The notes under the pieces were generated by a model, which saw only the letters and a program-made list of their open reading frames with translations, made no database searches and was not told the DNA's origin. Made by a program: the position numbers and the translations under genes. Shown here one piece after another: positions 26,851 through 34,528 of a stretch of 64,000 nt of DNA. Position 1 is the first letter of the stretch. Each line of letters begins with the position of its first letter. The stretch comes from Chitinophaga pinensis (GTDB taxonomy: Bacteria; Bacteroidota; Bacteroidia; NS11-12g; UBA955), in NCBI GenBank assembly GCA_945865625.1, contig CAMBFD010000004.1:1171-65170 (forward strand), in the 5' to 3' direction.

Positions 26851-27885
26851 TTAACTAAAAAACTTCATTGCAGATTCAATGAGTTTGGTCTTAAGATTAA
26901 CAACCGAATCTAAACCTTCAATTTCAAATTCATTACCATTAATCTCAATTTTTCTTTTGTTGTGTGTAATCAACAATCTGCAAATAACTTTTTTCTGATT
27001 ATCGTCAACCAGGATTAAAAAACTATTTTTTTGGTCTCTATATGAAATTCTATCAGACTTGATTTCTTTCTTTTGAATTAGAATTGTTTTGATTGCGTGG
27101 TAAATTTTTAATTCATCAGCAGTCGTTATAACTGCATTCCCATCTCTCTTTTGTTCTTCAATTGTTAATTTCTCTGTAACTTCTCTAAGATTTTTAGAGT
27201 TTATTAGTCCTTTGATTTTAACTTTTGCAGTATCGGTCATTCTTTGTCCACCCATTCGAGTAAAAATTGAACGAATAAATTCATCAGAAGGATTTAGTAA
27301 CTCATCAAAAAATGCATCTCCAAACTTATTCAAGAAATAGAATTCTTGCGCCTCTTCTAATAATTCTTTAAATGAATACTGTATTACGTCTCTTTTAAAT
27401 GTGGTTAATAACTCAATGACATTGTCTTCTATATCGTTTAATGAGAATTCAATAAAAGGAATTGGGTGAAGTGTGGTTTCTTTTGAAGATAAATCTGAAG
27501 TATAAATTTTCCAGTCCATACCATTTGTAAGAATGGCAATTTTAGCACTTGTTGTATTGATGAAATAATTGTTTAATTGACTTGCCTCTTTATCGGTTAA
27601 TTTCTTACCATATTTTTTACATTCTACAACAATTTCAGGTTTTAAACTTGATTTCTTATTGTTCACGAATAAACCAATATCTGCACGATCGTTTTTCTCT
27701 CCAAATCCAGCGGCAACTTCAGTTACCATATCATCAATTCTACTATACCCCAATATTTCTAAAATTGGTTCAATTAGAGTAAATCTAGTTTGAGGTTCAT
27801 TCGAACATCTTTCATCTAATCTACTAAAATCGAATTTAGAAATTGCCTTTTTAACTGCGGCTACTTGTTTTTTGTCAACTATCAT
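26851..27885 (-). CDS. HsdR_N-type PD-(D/E)XK nuclease-like protein with uncharacterised C-terminal half
   Basis: Start placed at ATG 27885. N-terminal pattern NEPQTRFTLIEPILEILGY ... DRADIGLF ... IVVECKK ... QLNNYF ... ILTNGMDWKIY matches the N-terminal domain of type I restriction R subunits and stand-alone relatives. The C-terminal ~200 aa have no motif I can name. Confidence 0.6.
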   Translation of the reverse strand: MIVDKKQVAAVKKAISKFDFSRLDERCSNEPQTRFTLIEPILEILGYSRIDDMVTEVAAGFGEKNDRADIGLFVNNKKSSLKPEIVVECKKYGKKLTDKEASQLNNYFINTTSAKIAILTNGMDWKIYTSDLSSKETTLHPIPFIEFSLNDIEDNVIELLTTFKRDVIQYSFKELLEEAQEFYFLNKFGDAFFDELLNPSDEFIRSIFTRMGGQRMTDTAKVKIKGLINSKNLREVTEKLTIEEQKRDGNAVITTADELKIYHAIKTILIQKKEIKSDRISYRDQKNSFLILVDDNQKKVICRLLITHNKRKIEINGNEFEIEGLDSVVNLKTKLIESAMKFFS

Positions 27886-28097
27886 AATAATAACTTGTTG
27901 CAAAGAAAGTGATTTTTAGCTTTGTATTCCATTTTCTGTAATATATTTGTTTATGTATAAAAAATTAAAATTGTTTGTTTTATTTTCACTCCTTACAGCA
28001 TCACGAGTGTCAGTTTTATCCCATTCCCATTGAAGAACTATTGTCTACCGTAAGACGTCGATAGTCTTTAAAAATTCAATCCTCCACAGGCGGATTA

Positions 28098-28553
28098 TTA
28101 TAAAGTTAAATAGCTAAATGTTCTTACACACCGAACTTCTAATCCGCTGACCTTCATATTCCAGTATTGTTTGCCATCAATGAAGAGCAGACACCGCGCC
28201 CATCCATAATTATCCTCATTGGAACTCCAATATTCACCAGATTTATCAAAACCGCCAATCTTATCCATGTTCTTATAAAGGCTATTTAATTCTTTTATTG
28301 TGGGTAATCTCCAATCGCTGTAACCATTTAAAACCAATTTTTCACAACCTGTCTCAGCATAAATCCAAGGCCTGGAAGTAGACCCATAATAACTTTCTGG
28401 ACCTAAATCTGTTGGAGCTGCAACCAAACCGTGTCCGTCTTTTTCATATACAATGACTCCGCCTCGTTTTATTGCGGGGGTTGTTTGAGAATATACCAAA
28501 CTTGTTAGCGTTACAATCGCCAATGTTAGCAGGAGTAGTTTTTTCATATTCAA
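28098..28553 (-). CDS. Secreted DUF1566-like protein
   Basis: 151 aa. Signal peptide MNMKKLLLLTLAIVTLTSLVYSQ. The GYSDWRLPTIKELNSLY motif is characteristic of DUF1566 (Lcl C-terminal-like) domains. Confidence 0.6.
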   Translation of the reverse strand: MNMKKLLLLTLAIVTLTSLVYSQTTPAIKRGGVIVYEKDGHGLVAAPTDLGPESYYGSTSRPWIYAETGCEKLVLNGYSDWRLPTIKELNSLYKNMDKIGGFDKSGEYWSSNEDNYGWARCLLFIDGKQYWNMKVSGLEVRCVRTFSYLTL

Positions 28554-28569
28554 TAATAGATAATATAAA

Positions 28570-28932
28570 TCACAAATTCAAAGTTACCGAATACTCTTCT
28601 TGTTTCAATTGAACCTCGCTTTGTCTAACTGGTAATCCAATACTGCGATTAAGCAGTGTTTCTAACGCATTTAAAGAGCCTTTCTTGGCATCTAACAACA
28701 ACGCCTTGCAGATTGTCAACTCGAGGATATTAGTATTGTCTCTGTCGATGATTTCCAACAGCTCATTTTGAGTCATTGCAAGCATCACAAGAATCACATC
28801 ATTAATCTCAGATTTAGCATATCCCATCTTTTTGAGCGTAGTCACAAATTTTGGTCTACGTCCCATCGGATTGGGTGAAGGTTGTCCCGATTGCCAAGGA
28901 GTCAGATGGTCTGTTTTAGGATTCAAGTTCAT
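28570..28932 (-). CDS. Small basic protein, function unknown (weak resemblance to phage small DNA-binding / small-terminase-like N-termini)
   Basis: 120 aa. The N-terminal SGQPSPNPMGRRPKF motif and the helical ...GSLNALETLLNRSIGLP segment recall phage-encoded small proteins found next to terminases. This is recollection only, not a match. Confidence 0.35.
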   Translation of the reverse strand: MNLNPKTDHLTPWQSGQPSPNPMGRRPKFVTTLKKMGYAKSEINDVILVMLAMTQNELLEIIDRDNTNILELTICKALLLDAKKGSLNALETLLNRSIGLPVRQSEVQLKQEEYSVTLNL

Positions 28933-28944
28933 TACGTATGACTG

Positions 28945-30162
28945 TTATATGCTTGTTTTCAATGCAACACTCTTCCACCGTCTGTATTCATCACTCAAAT
29001 ACTGGTCAACATCAAACAATGTCTGACTTGGATACCGATTCAATTCATCACGTTTGAAGTTGCTAATGCGATTGCGACATCTTTTCACCTCTCGTCCAAA
29101 CAACTTCTCGCTACAATACTTGCTCGTTGATTTTTGAATTGAAATATCTCTACCACAAGTTATGCATTGTCTCAGTGTCGCTTTCTTGTTATTCAATAAT
29201 ACATCTGTGTAATAATGGGACATTTCATTGTTTTGTGATACTGGTAATAATGGGACATCATTAATCAGTAATTCGCATTTTGACTGTATTAATTTCAAAT
29301 GGGTTTCTTGAATATTACTATTGGAATGTTCTTTTATTATCTCCCTGAAATCAGATAGCTTACGATTGAATCTTTTTGTGTTTTTTTCTATTCTCAATGC
29401 GTTCCATCTTCGGGGGTTGTTGTATTCTATAAATACAGACTTGTCAAAGGCATTTTTGATATTATTTAATGATATGGCATCGTCAGTGAAAATAAGCTCT
29501 TCAAATGTCTTTAAAATCGAGTTGCTCAATTTGCAATAGACTTCGTTGTTTAGAAGATCTGCGAGTGATTTTATGGTGATATTTTTTTGTTCGAGATATT
29601 GCATCTTATTCGCTTTGATTTCAAATCGAATAAGATTTTGAGTAAGTCCATACTGTCTACCTTTATCGTATGCCTTTACAGTGTAATTTGACCATTCGAA
29701 TTTTTTGAGATAACCCTTTCCCCTAAAAGTTTTGAGTTCATATTCATTTCCTTTGTGACTAATTATATTTTCTAAGATTTGACTTGAACGTCGTTGAGGG
29801 CAGAAATTTACGCCAAATTCTATTTGGTGAATTTTAAATTCATTTGCGGGAATTTCTGTGAATTGTGTGATTTGAATTATTGCATTCACGATATCTGTAA
29901 AATAGAAATCTTGATAATTATTTCCTAGGTGGAATTTATGAATGCTGCCACTCACATAGACTTTTGTTTTATTGATTGAAGTATACTTGCGGATTTTGAT
30001 TTTTAAATTGCCCAAACTTGCGTTATAACAATATGCACCATACTTATCCATAAATAATTCTCCAGTACTCAAATTAATTGGGTGCTCGAAATCAATTCGA
30101 GGATTTGCGAGTAAAATTTCCGCATGTCCACTATCAATTTCCATTGAAAGAAAGTCAATCAT
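28945..30162 (-). CDS. Putative replication initiation protein (phage gpII/CRI-like) with C-terminal zinc ribbon
   Basis: 405 aa. The N-terminus MIDFLSMEI... and VYVSGSIHKFHLGNNYQDF resemble the rep_II_X/Phage_CRI pattern (MIDWL..., GNP.K...G.N.FG). C-terminal CITCGRDI..KYCSEK..KRCRNRISN is a Cys-rich motif. Confidence 0.45.
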   Translation of the reverse strand: MIDFLSMEIDSGHAEILLANPRIDFEHPINLSTGELFMDKYGAYCYNASLGNLKIKIRKYTSINKTKVYVSGSIHKFHLGNNYQDFYFTDIVNAIIQITQFTEIPANEFKIHQIEFGVNFCPQRRSSQILENIISHKGNEYELKTFRGKGYLKKFEWSNYTVKAYDKGRQYGLTQNLIRFEIKANKMQYLEQKNITIKSLADLLNNEVYCKLSNSILKTFEELIFTDDAISLNNIKNAFDKSVFIEYNNPRRWNALRIEKNTKRFNRKLSDFREIIKEHSNSNIQETHLKLIQSKCELLINDVPLLPVSQNNEMSHYYTDVLLNNKKATLRQCITCGRDISIQKSTSKYCSEKLFGREVKRCRNRISNFKRDELNRYPSQTLFDVDQYLSDEYRRWKSVALKTSI

Positions 30163-30185
30163 TGTGACAAGTAATATATTTCAAC

Positions 30186-30491
30186 TTAAACTGCTCTTCC
30201 GCAGTTATTAAGTTGTCTTGAATTTATAGCATCAACAACCTCGGATTGCTTATAGCGAATTCTTGTTGCCATTCTATATGATTTTAGATAGCCACGCTTA
30301 GTCCATTCATATAATGTTGGGAGTGTAATTTTTAATAATTTAGCAGTTTCACGCCTTGTTAAAAAATCAGTTTCAGAATTTAAGTTATTTGAAATGTGAT
30401 TTATGTTAATAGAATCAGAAATTACTTTTCTGATAGTGTTTTCCAATTCCTCTATAGAAATTGGTAATAGACATAGGTTTTTTGTATCCAT
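30186..30491 (-). CDS. Excisionase/AlpA-like helix-turn-helix (HTH_17) DNA-binding protein
   Basis: 101 aa. LTRRETAKLLKITLPTLYEWTKRGYLKSYRMATRIRYKQSEV is the typical excisionase-family HTH of Bacteroidota integrative elements. Confidence 0.7.
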   Translation of the reverse strand: MDTKNLCLLPISIEELENTIRKVISDSININHISNNLNSETDFLTRRETAKLLKITLPTLYEWTKRGYLKSYRMATRIRYKQSEVVDAINSRQLNNCGRAV

Positions 30492-30622
30492 ACTATTATA
30501 TTAGCAAAATCAATAAAGTGTTACATAAAATTTGAAAAATAGTAGAAAAATGAGTTAAATTTGGATAGAATAAAAATCAATAATGTATTTACATCAATTG
30601 CTGTTGCAATATATTATCTTGT

Positions 30623-32353
30623 CTAATATAATAATTCAAAGCTAGTATCGTTTTGACATCGAGGTTTACCAGTATGTTTATCAGGTCTCAACCTTGCAGA
30701 CAAATAAGATTGACTTTTCCCAATTGACTTAGCAGCTATAGATATACTTGAAAATATCTCTCCTGTACTTTTATTTATGACTTGCAATGGAACACCACTT
30801 ACTCTTTGATGAGGTTTTAAATTAAAATGTTTGTTTAATAGTTCTAAAAACATCAACCTATTTGAAAAATTAAAAGTAAATTGTCTTTGTGTTTTTTTTT
30901 CAATAATTGTTACTCTAAGTTTTGTGCTCATTCCATCCAAATATGGTTTTGTTTGCTTAATTTTATAATCCTTCAATTCTATCATTAATTCATTGAAATC
31001 ACTTAATTTTTTATCAATCATAAAAGTATCTTCACTCAAAATATACTTATATATGGTTTCGTTTATTTCAACTAATGGTTTAATAATATTGATTTTTTTG
31101 CCATTTTTTTCTAATTCATTTTGGATATGAGGGATTAAATCTTCAATTTTTAATCTGCTAAAAAGTTGAGGTATCCTTATTAAAGCAATACCAAGTTGTT
31201 CGCAATATTGATTTTTAATGATATCCTTTTGCATCGTGAATGGATCAGTCAAATGTTGGTCACCATCATGTTCAAAAGCGATTTTTAGTTTATCACAATA
31301 TCCATCTAGTTCTAATAATCTATTACTAAATGGACTTTTTATTTGAGGATGTTTTATTTTGTCAAAGGAATGACCAGAAAATAACATTTTCTCAAATACA
31401 AATCTGCAAATTTTTTCACATTTTAAAACATCGTTTGGTAAATTATCGCCAAAATACCAGTAAAGCGGTCTCTCAAATTCTGTGCCTCTATATTGAGATA
31501 TTATTGGCAAAGACTTTTCAGATATATTATATTTTAATCCGAGATTTTTAGACAAGTTTTTTCGGTATTCATAGGTAATATTTCTATCAAATTCATTTTT
31601 TGTAATGAGTAATGTAAATCCCTTTTTTTCACATTGTATTCTTAATAAATCAAAAGTATAGAGTGTTTTTCTTTTACCTGAATTTGCAGAAATTTTGTTG
31701 CCATGTTCTGGTTTCCACCGTTTATCTTTTAAAAAGCTTTTCCCCCAAATATGTTTGTGATTTGAATTATTTGGGTCATAGATTGAATAACTGTCATTTA
31801 TGGTTTTCCATTCTTTTTCTAATAATTCACAGCCTTTTAAAGCAAGTTCACTTTTTAAAAAATTGAAAAGTCGTTGATTGTCATTTGTGGTTAATACCTC
31901 AAATGGTTTAATACAATAGATGCAACTTATTTTCTTATTTTTTGCGAATTGAACTCTCACATTAGTTGTAGATAAATTGACCGAAGGATGCCTTTCCTTT
32001 AATCCATATAAGAATTTTTTCCTACATTGTACTTTAATTTGAGTTTGATTTTCTTCCTTGAGTACAACTTTTTCAACCAAATCAAAATCAGAATCATTAA
32101 ATCGTTTTACAATTTCATTCCAATTTATATGTTCTGTTGCAGCGCTAAAAAAACTATTCTTTTCACCTTTTCTTGGGCAACCAGTTTTTTTGATTGCATT
32201 TGCTGTGGTTTGCCACTCATGAAAACAAATGCGGCATCTGAAATGAATTTGTGAATGCGCATTTGAATATTGATTAGATAAAATATCTATTTGTTTGCCG
32301 TCCGTAATTAGTTTTATTTTTTCAAATATTGATAATTGATTTTGATTCATCAT
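30623..32353 (-). CDS. Multidomain nuclease-like protein: Zn-ribbon-like N-terminus, Vsr/DUF559-like PD-(D/E)XK core, NUMOD1-like C-terminal HTH
   Basis: 576 aa. HFRCRICFHEWQTTANAIKKTGCP (treble-clef/DUF4379-like). LLELDGYCDKLKIAFEHDGDQH (endonuclease core pattern). LQVINKSTGEIFSSISIAAKSIGKSQSYLSARL (NUMOD1/IENR1-type HTH of homing endonucleases). Starts 14 bp after the integrase stop. Confidence 0.5.
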   Translation of the reverse strand: MMNQNQLSIFEKIKLITDGKQIDILSNQYSNAHSQIHFRCRICFHEWQTTANAIKKTGCPRKGEKNSFFSAATEHINWNEIVKRFNDSDFDLVEKVVLKEENQTQIKVQCRKKFLYGLKERHPSVNLSTTNVRVQFAKNKKISCIYCIKPFEVLTTNDNQRLFNFLKSELALKGCELLEKEWKTINDSYSIYDPNNSNHKHIWGKSFLKDKRWKPEHGNKISANSGKRKTLYTFDLLRIQCEKKGFTLLITKNEFDRNITYEYRKNLSKNLGLKYNISEKSLPIISQYRGTEFERPLYWYFGDNLPNDVLKCEKICRFVFEKMLFSGHSFDKIKHPQIKSPFSNRLLELDGYCDKLKIAFEHDGDQHLTDPFTMQKDIIKNQYCEQLGIALIRIPQLFSRLKIEDLIPHIQNELEKNGKKINIIKPLVEINETIYKYILSEDTFMIDKKLSDFNELMIELKDYKIKQTKPYLDGMSTKLRVTIIEKKTQRQFTFNFSNRLMFLELLNKHFNLKPHQRVSGVPLQVINKSTGEIFSSISIAAKSIGKSQSYLSARLRPDKHTGKPRCQNDTSFELLY

Positions 32354-32367
32354 TAGGCCTTTAATAT

Positions 32368-33660
32368 TTAACTATAAATCAAATTCACAAGTTCAGCATT
32401 TTCTTGTGTGGTAATTTTTAAATACTTCAAGAAGGATTCTTCTGTTCTGTGGCCTGTCATTAACATTATTTGTCTTGTAGTTATTTTGCCTGATTTAACA
32501 TGATTGGTTGCAAATGAGCGCCTCGCAGTTCTGTTTTCAACCAACTCCCATTTCATTTTTGAATTTTTATCAGAAGTATTTTTTTCATTTGTTTGAAAAT
32601 CTACTTCAATATTTAATTCAGGTAACATCTTTGCAACTTCCTTGATATATTGGTTTGCCTTTTGGTCAGTTATCAATGGAGGTAAACTATTTTTTGTAAT
32701 TCCTGAGTATTTTTTCAAAATATCTAAACCTATTGTATGAATAGGCACTGCAATTTCAACTTTCGTTTTTATAGATTTATTCCTCAAAAAGGTATGGCCA
32801 CGATCATTTTGATAAATATCATCTGGTTTGATTTGATGCCAATCTATTGGCCTTAGTGCTGTTTGAGTTGCATGAAATACGAATGAATCTCTTATCCTTT
32901 CTAATCTTGGATTTGAAGTCAAATCAAGCTGATACATTTTTGATAATTCTAAATCTGTTAAATAAATGCTGTCCACCGTTTCAATTGGCTTAATGAATCT
33001 TTTATCTAAATGACCTCTATGTAAAGTTATACCTCGCTCGATAGCTTCATTCATAAATAACTTTAAAGTGCCGATATGCTTTCCCACGGTATTTGTTTTA
33101 TATTTTAATTCAAAATGCATTAATTCTCTGAATTTCTTATAAAACTCTATGTCAATATCCTCGTATTTTAATTTGGCTTTGTAGTGTTTTTCATAAAGTT
33201 CTAAAACTCGAAGACATTGATTATATACACGAATAGTGGTATCTGCATATTTTCTACCTGTTCTTGGGTTTTCTGAGTTTTTCATCTCATTCAATAAGTT
33301 TTTAGAAAACGCCACTAATAATTTATTGTTTTGTTCCTTTTTTTTGTCATCAATGTTGAAGGCTGAATCTAAATGATTTTTGAATTCTGATTGATCTGGT
33401 ATTCGACCATTGGATTTTTGGAACTCCAGAAACAATTGTTCACACTTGGCCTGATAATTTAAAATAATTCTATTTTCTTCAACGTGAGAAGGATGTTTTA
33501 ATGTTTGTTTGACTTTTTGTTGAATCTTATCCCAAAATTGAGGATGAACCCTTACATCAGTGTTTCTTACGAGTCTATTATTATCCCATCTAATTACCAG
33601 TTGAATGGGTGTTAAACTTTCACCATTTGGATTACGCAAGTTGAAGTTGAACTTCGCCAT
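32368..33660 (-). CDS. int: Tyrosine site-specific recombinase (integrase) with N-terminal arm-binding domain
   Basis: 430 aa. N-terminal FNFNLRNPNGESLTPIQLVIRWDNNR..W resembles the Bacteroidota Arm-DNA-binding domain. It has a SAM-like core-binding region and C-terminal catalytic residues in ..ARRSFATN.. and ..LMTGHRTEESFLKYL (R, H-R, Y). Confidence 0.9.
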   Translation of the reverse strand: MAKFNFNLRNPNGESLTPIQLVIRWDNNRLVRNTDVRVHPQFWDKIQQKVKQTLKHPSHVEENRIILNYQAKCEQLFLEFQKSNGRIPDQSEFKNHLDSAFNIDDKKKEQNNKLLVAFSKNLLNEMKNSENPRTGRKYADTTIRVYNQCLRVLELYEKHYKAKLKYEDIDIEFYKKFRELMHFELKYKTNTVGKHIGTLKLFMNEAIERGITLHRGHLDKRFIKPIETVDSIYLTDLELSKMYQLDLTSNPRLERIRDSFVFHATQTALRPIDWHQIKPDDIYQNDRGHTFLRNKSIKTKVEIAVPIHTIGLDILKKYSGITKNSLPPLITDQKANQYIKEVAKMLPELNIEVDFQTNEKNTSDKNSKMKWELVENRTARRSFATNHVKSGKITTRQIMLMTGHRTEESFLKYLKITTQENAELVNLIYS

Positions 33661-33674
33661 TGTGCAAATATAAT

Positions 33675-33698
33675 ATGTTGTCGGATATGTTGTCGGTT
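33675..33698 (+). repeat. Tandem 12-bp repeat (ATGTTGTCGGAT ATGTTGTCGGTT), candidate arm-type sites, attR side
   Basis: Two copies of ATGTTGTCGG at a 12-bp period, starting 15 bp upstream of the int start codon and about 110 bp inside attR. Same strand and same core as 26819-26842. Confidence 0.6.
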
Positions 33699-33805
33699 TT
33701 TATTTTCTATATTTTATTTAATTGTATTTTTTTTGTAAAAATCATTGAAATTGTTATATTTACGTAGTTAAATGCGATAAAGCAAGAATAAAGTAAATAC
33801 ATATA

Positions 33806-33832
33806 GTTCGATTCCGCCCGATACCACAACAA
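33806..33832. repeat. attR core (direct repeat copy 2)
   Basis: GTTCGATTCCGCCCGATACCACAACAA, identical to 26742-26768. No upstream tRNA body is present here. Confidence 0.9.
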
Positions 33833-33840
33833 AACAAAAA

Positions 33841-33863
33841 AGCCCGCTACAGCGGGCTTTTTT
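33841..33863 (+). terminator. Probable original tRNA-Phe terminator, displaced by the insertion
   Basis: AGCCCGC-TACA-GCGGGCT followed by TTTTTGTTTTT, 9 nt after the attR repeat. Confidence 0.6.
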
Positions 33864-34076
33864 GTTTTTGATTTCAACCACCAAATCCAATGATTATTTG
33901 TATTGTAGTGCTTATCTCGGTTTCGCATCTTTAGTCGTTGGCTTTATCACTTTTATTCTTTGGTTGATGTCGCTGTAAAGACCTTCTTTTCATTTAATGT
34001 TACTCTAAATTTACACATTAAACTGTAGTATCTTTGCAACTAGGGATTTAAATCATTAAATGTCCCTCATGAAAAA

Positions 34077-34472
34077 ATGAAGTTAGAATGGTTGCAAGGC
34101 ATGGAAGAATATGGCCTAGAGTCAGATGAAATTGTTAGGTTGTTTGATTTCACAAAGGAGGAGGCTTTATTGTTGAAAAAGGCAATTGAGTACTTTGTAA
34201 TAGAGTTAAACAATCCCCTTGATTTAACGAGATTGACTTACGTTGAAGCTTTAAATTGCAATTTGATTTTCCAGCAAACAGATACTGATTATGGCATTGA
34301 ATTTGTTGAGAAAACTGGTTTCATCTGTGGACTTACAAAAGCATCTTATCAAAGATTGGTTTCATTGATTGAGCCTTTTTGCTTGAGAGATTTGAGTAGC
34401 TATCAGTGGCTGTATGACGTAGATACTGAAATCGATTTTTTGTTTTCGCCATCTGCGAAAGGAGGTTGGTAG
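34077..34472 (+). CDS. Hypothetical protein
   Basis: 131-aa acidic ORF with no recognisable motif. Preceded by a 6-codon mini-ORF whose stop overlaps its ATG. Confidence 0.45.
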   Translation: MKLEWLQGMEEYGLESDEIVRLFDFTKEEALLLKKAIEYFVIELNNPLDLTRLTYVEALNCNLIFQQTDTDYGIEFVEKTGFICGLTKASYQRLVSLIEPFCLRDLSSYQWLYDVDTEIDFLFSPSAKGGW

Positions 34473-34528
34473 CAATTTTTAAATAGAGTTCTTCGAACTT
34501 ATTTAATTTAAGATTGTTATTTAACCAT

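Larger units (their letters stand above)
26742..33832 (-). mobile_element. Integrative element (~7.1 kb) inserted in the 3' end of tRNA-Phe
   Basis: Bounded by a perfect 27-bp direct repeat. All seven ORFs are on the minus strand, including a tyrosine integrase, an excisionase-like HTH protein and a Rep-like protein. Tandem arm-type repeats sit near both ends. The sequence is visibly more AT-rich than its flanks. Confidence 0.85.

Noticed and set aside
27904-28097. The 194-bp intergenic region inside the island, considered as the replication origin (it contains a GACGTC palindrome and a weak AATCC..GGATT hairpin).
   Set aside because: It has no iterons, strong hairpins or recognisable nick motif. 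It is more simply the terminator of the upstream operon plus the promoter of the 26851 gene.
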